A stretch of DNA of 64,000 nucleotides from Fervidicoccaceae archaeon (GTDB lineage Archaea; Thermoproteota; Thermoprotei_A; Sulfolobales; Fervidicoccaceae), in NCBI GenBank assembly GCA_038734945.1, contig JAVYOA010000002.1, forward strand, positions 124,001 through 188,000, in the 5' to 3' direction. Positions 60,788 through 64,000 of the stretch are shown here, in pieces. The notes under the pieces were generated by a model, which was not told where the DNA came from, searched no databases, and saw only the letters and a list, made by a program, of their open reading frames with translations. Each line of letters opens with the position of its first letter. The stretch's first letter is position 1. A program made the translations under genes and the position numbers.

Positions 60788-61471
60788 ATGAGGCTGGACG
60801 GTGTGGAATGGGAAATAGAAGGAGATAGCAGTTTCAGGTATTTGAAGATTATCCTGGGAAGGAATGAAAAAATTGTGGCAGAGCCAGGGGCCTTTCTAAT
60901 GAGCAGGGGAAACTTTCACGTTGAAACAAGCAGTGGAGGTGTTGTGAATGCAATATCCAGATCTCTTTTTGGTGGTGAGTCCTTCTTTCTCAACACTTTT
61001 ACTGCTTTAGAAGATGCCGAAATATTTCTGGCACCATCTCTTCCAGGTGATATTAAGCACATTCCTCTTGATGGAAGGAAAGGAATAATAGTTAAGGATG
61101 GTTCCTTTTTGGCTTCCTATGGTCAAGTAAAACTGTCTACTGCTTGGAAGGGTATCACGGGAGCAGTAGCAGGAAGCGGCTTTATTTGGCTGAAGGCTGA
61201 GGGGATCGGGGGGATCTGGGTATCTTCCTTTGGCTCAATAATTGAAGTCGATACGAAAGAGGGGAAAAAGCTCATTGTAGACAATGACCACATCGTGGCT
61301 TTTGACGATCAGCTAAAGTGGGAAGTGAAAAAGTTCAAGGGGATAAAGTCCTTCTTATTTGGAGGAGAAGGCTTTATAATTGAGCTTTATGGAAATGGAA
61401 AAGTGCTCGTTCAAACAAGAAATTTGAGGGCTTTGGCTTCCGCATTGGTGCCATTTCTCCCAAAGAGGTAG
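60788..61471 (+). CDS. TIGR00266/AIM24 family protein
   Basis: AEPGAF, GGESFFLN, APSLPGDI, VDNDHIVAF, GGEG, G.GKVLVQTR. Confidence 0.92.
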   Translation: MRLDGVEWEIEGDSSFRYLKIILGRNEKIVAEPGAFLMSRGNFHVETSSGGVVNAISRSLFGGESFFLNTFTALEDAEIFLAPSLPGDIKHIPLDGRKGIIVKDGSFLASYGQVKLSTAWKGITGAVAGSGFIWLKAEGIGGIWVSSFGSIIEVDTKEGKKLIVDNDHIVAFDDQLKWEVKKFKGIKSFLFGGEGFIIELYGNGKVLVQTRNLRALASALVPFLPKR

Positions 61472-61476
61472 GCCAC

Positions 61477-62328
61477 ATGTCCTCTCTGAGAGCATATGCT
61501 GAGATAATGAGGATCCCAAATTCGCTCATGATGGGTTTAGCTGTAATTGTTGGAATGGTGATCACGGATCCCAAGTCACTAATTATGCCTGGAGCTTTCA
61601 CAAAAGTTATCTTGGGCTTTCTGGTTGGATTTCTGCTAACCTCCTCATCCATGGTTTTCAATGATTATGCAGATAGAGAGATAGATGCTATTAATGAGCC
61701 CTCGAGACCAATACCAAGCGGGAGAGTGGCCCCAGCCGTTGCTCTATTTTACGGGTTCATCCTGGGCTTTTTGGGGCTGCTCCTCTCCGAGATGACTGGG
61801 TCAAGCACTCTGTTTTTGGCCGCGCTAACCTTTGCTGTGGCACTTCTCTATAACTTTAAGCTGAAAAGGTACGGCTTCTTAGGAAATCTATGTGTAGCTT
61901 ATACGGTTGCTGTTCCGCTTTTATACGGATCCCTATTATCCTCTGGAATGAATCTTAAAGTTCTTCTCTATGCATCGATGATTTTTCTTTCAATTGTCGG
62001 TAGGGAGATAACAAAGGGAATAAGCGATGTTGAGGGGGATTCGAGAAAGGGTGTGAGGACTGTTGCTGTTAAATATGGAAGCAGGACCGCCTCATTGCTG
62101 GCTTTTCTCTTTTTCCTGGCAGCTATCTCCCTCTCCCCTCTCCCATTTCTCCTGGGCCTAACAAATTTTCCATATTTGATCTTAGTTTCGATAACTGATG
62201 CCATGCTTTTCTATTTATCTTTGTTGCTTGTGAAGTTTCCTGATAGGAAAACGGCTAAGATGGTGAAAAACAGAGCACTAATAGCCATGGCAGTTGGCCT
62301 CTTGGCTTTCGCTTTGGGCTCAATTTAG
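61477..62328 (+). CDS. UbiA prenyltransferase, probably DGGGP synthase
   Basis: MRIPN, NDYADREIDAINEPSRPIPSG, YN..LK, REITKGISDVEGD. Confidence 0.88.
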   Translation: MSSLRAYAEIMRIPNSLMMGLAVIVGMVITDPKSLIMPGAFTKVILGFLVGFLLTSSSMVFNDYADREIDAINEPSRPIPSGRVAPAVALFYGFILGFLGLLLSEMTGSSTLFLAALTFAVALLYNFKLKRYGFLGNLCVAYTVAVPLLYGSLLSSGMNLKVLLYASMIFLSIVGREITKGISDVEGDSRKGVRTVAVKYGSRTASLLAFLFFLAAISLSPLPFLLGLTNFPYLILVSITDAMLFYLSLLLVKFPDRKTAKMVKNRALIAMAVGLLAFALGSI

Positions 62329-62331
62329 AAC

Positions 62332-62763
62332 TTATATCTCAATTTCCACATGTGCTGCCGAGCTCATTGGAGGTTCGCTATCCTTTATCTGGGATATTAT
62401 GAATTCGTTTGGATCACTCATTGCTTCATCCATACCCAGTACTGCTTGAAGAATATCTTCCTCAGATGGAGGTTTCCCGCTAGCAATGAGGCGGCCATTA
62501 ACATAAATTGAGGGAATTTCGGATGTCAGTGGAAATGAGCCTGCACTCAGATTGATGTAAGTGCTTTCCACTTCCACATCAATGAGATAGCTGATTAGGA
62601 GCTTTTTTTTAGCTTCAAGAACAGTCATGAGAGCTTGAGAGCTCGCCTCGCTCCAGTCCATTATAATTGCTATTTTTGGAGAAACCTCGCCTCTAAAGCC
62701 TTCCGATGGAATGGTGTGGCGAGCAGTTTTCAATTGTCCAACCACCTTCTGAGCAAGAAGCAT
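62332..62763 (-). CDS. Thioredoxin-fold-like protein lacking CxxC
   Basis: IPSIYVNGRLIASGKPPSEEDI resembles a thioredoxin C-terminal half; no cysteines. Confidence 0.55.
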   Translation of the reverse strand: MLLAQKVVGQLKTARHTIPSEGFRGEVSPKIAIIMDWSEASSQALMTVLEAKKKLLISYLIDVEVESTYINLSAGSFPLTSEIPSIYVNGRLIASGKPPSEEDILQAVLGMDEAMSDPNEFIISQIKDSEPPMSSAAHVEIEI

Positions 62764-62853
62764 AACTTCACTATGAAAGATCTCAGGTTTCTTCTAGTTT
62801 TAAAAGGGAAAAGACACATTTTTTAAAGAAAAATAAAAAAAGGCTTTGTGCTG

Positions 62854-63189
62854 TTAATTTGTTTTATCCGATGAAATGAGCTCCTTAAGCTTCTTGTATT
62901 CCTCAAGAAAGAGCTTACCCTTCTCTGTAATGTAGACCTTGCTGTCAATAATCAAATGTCCTTCCCTTTCAAGTTGCTTGAGATATTTCATCATTATCTT
63001 ATAATCCAGTAGGGCCCTGTTTGCTAGATGTGTCAGTTTTATGCCATCACTCGGTATTGATGAAAGAATGTCATATATTATTTCCAAATAATTACGTTTC
63101 TGTCTGAGCGGTATTTGCGAGCTTTCCACAAAGTTGATCCTTCTTTCCTCCATCATGAGACCCCTCATGTTTTTGTAACAGTAGCTCAA
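62854..63189 (-). CDS. Small winged-helix transcriptional regulator
   Basis: KRNYLEIIYDIL, LTHLANRALL....KYLKQL, YITEKG; start may be ATG near 63157. Confidence 0.88.
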   Translation of the reverse strand: MSYCYKNMRGLMMEERRINFVESSQIPLRQKRNYLEIIYDILSSIPSDGIKLTHLANRALLDYKIMMKYLKQLEREGHLIIDSKVYITEKGKLFLEEYKKLKELISSDKTN

Positions 63190-63204
63190 TTACAGATTGT
63201 GTTC

Positions 63205-63231
63205 TACATAGATATAAAAAATATCAATGTA
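63205..63231. promoter_or_regulatory. Imperfect palindrome over the TATA box of the wHTH gene (candidate operator)
   Basis: TACATAGATAT-AAAAA-ATATCAATGTA, 10 of 11 positions complementary. Confidence 0.5.
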
Positions 63232-63266
63232 CATGGTATTTTTCACAATAAGTAAAAGTAATATAT

Positions 63267-63698
63267 TTATATTTTCTCTAGAAAATCAAGCGAATAGGCT
63301 TTCTCCGCATCTTCCCTTGTAACTTTCACTCCTCCACTTTCCATTCTTGTTGCCGAATCTAAAGGTACAAGCCTCCATCCCTGCTTTCTATCGAAATATA
63401 CTGCTATTAATCCAATTGCGTTTGAGCCTGCCCTCTTTACCCATTCCAGAACCTTCTCGACCTGATGCTTTTCTATGTAAACAGCATTACTGCTTCTTCT
63501 CGTTTTCACTTCAATAACGAGGATCCTGTTGTTCTTTGCAGCTATTATGTCAGGCTGATAGGTTTTCTTTGCCTTGGCTCCGCTTGCTGGTGCCCTTATT
63601 GTTGCATAACCCATATCCCAGAGCTTCCTGACCAGATCCCTCTCCTTCTGAAATCCCCTTCTTCTGTTCTTTCTGTGATAGTCGCTCATTTTTTTCAC
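63267..63698 (-). CDS. hjc: Holliday junction resolvase Hjc
   Basis: G...ERDL...L...GYA.IRAPASG, PDIIA, IEVK. Confidence 0.93.
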   Translation of the reverse strand: MKKMSDYHRKNRRRGFQKERDLVRKLWDMGYATIRAPASGAKAKKTYQPDIIAAKNNRILVIEVKTRRSSNAVYIEKHQVEKVLEWVKRAGSNAIGLIAVYFDRKQGWRLVPLDSATRMESGGVKVTREDAEKAYSLDFLEKI

Positions 63699-63717
63699 AC
63701 TATAAAATAATTTTATG

Positions 63718-64000
63718 TTATTTTTGTTCCTGTTCTCTCTTTATCATTTCCTCTACTATATCATAGCCATATATAGCTTTAAGCTGCTCTCTTCCTTCCT
63801 TTGTAATCATTCTTGGAGACCATGGAGTTGATAAGTCTAACTCTACCCTAACATCTTTTGCCTCTGGGACTCTGTTCCTTATTTCGTCCTCCACGGCAGA
63901 AGATAAACTAGTCATTAGGGGACAAAAGGCTGTTGTTAGACCTAATCTTATGAAGACGTCTCCCTCGTCGCTTATTTTCAGTTCATAAATCAGGCCAAGA
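63718..64000 (-). CDS. DUF59/MIP18 (SufT-like) Fe-S assembly factor, 3' part; start lies beyond the window
   Basis: Frame extends to the edge: LGLIYEL...LGLTTAFCPL...PWSPRMIT.EGR. Confidence 0.9.
   Translation of the reverse strand, partial: LGLIYELKISDEGDVFIRLGLTTAFCPLMTSLSSAVEDEIRNRVPEAKDVRVELDLSTPWSPRMITKEGREQLKAIYGYDIVEEMIKREQEQK

Noticed and set aside
1..64000. CRISPR arrays, rRNA genes, transposases
   Set aside because: No regularly spaced repeats, long GC-rich RNA genes or transposase motifs were seen

Overview
Gene-dense archaeal core-genome segment. Gene content, archaeal BRE/TATA promoters and frequent TTG/GTG starts suggest a thermophilic crenarchaeote (Thermoproteota; a Fervidicoccales/Desulfurococcales-like placement is only my inference). 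It contains: an 11-subunit complex I-like operon without NuoEFG (nuoABCDHIJKMLN); EF-2; a rearranged exosome superoperon; an S24e-S27ae-Kae1-Bud32-RdgB operon; tRNA-Ile(GAU); divergently arranged etfBA and fixCX; priL; isoprenoid genes; lplB/lplA; class I lysS; A-ATPase subunits C and H behind cdc48-tmcA-trmI; nfeD/stomatin; pncB; apgM; nnr; PINA; DGGGP synthase; hjc. Items not in the ORF track: rps27ae, a partial mfnA-like decarboxylase, the tRNA, and two well-formed box C/D guide sRNAs, one predicted to guide Cm34 of tRNA-Leu(CAA). The most unusual locus is a tightly overlapping operon (MJ1316/DUF504-like protein, a cysteine-motif-less paralog of the adjacent radical SAM enzyme, the intact AmmeMemoRadiSam-type radical SAM enzyme, and a GPN-loop GTPase). 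It is preceded by a three-way-junction-like structured segment and an unrecognised 455-aa Cys-cluster protein. No CRISPR array, transposase or integrase was seen. All calls come from motif recognition by eye; no database searches were run.
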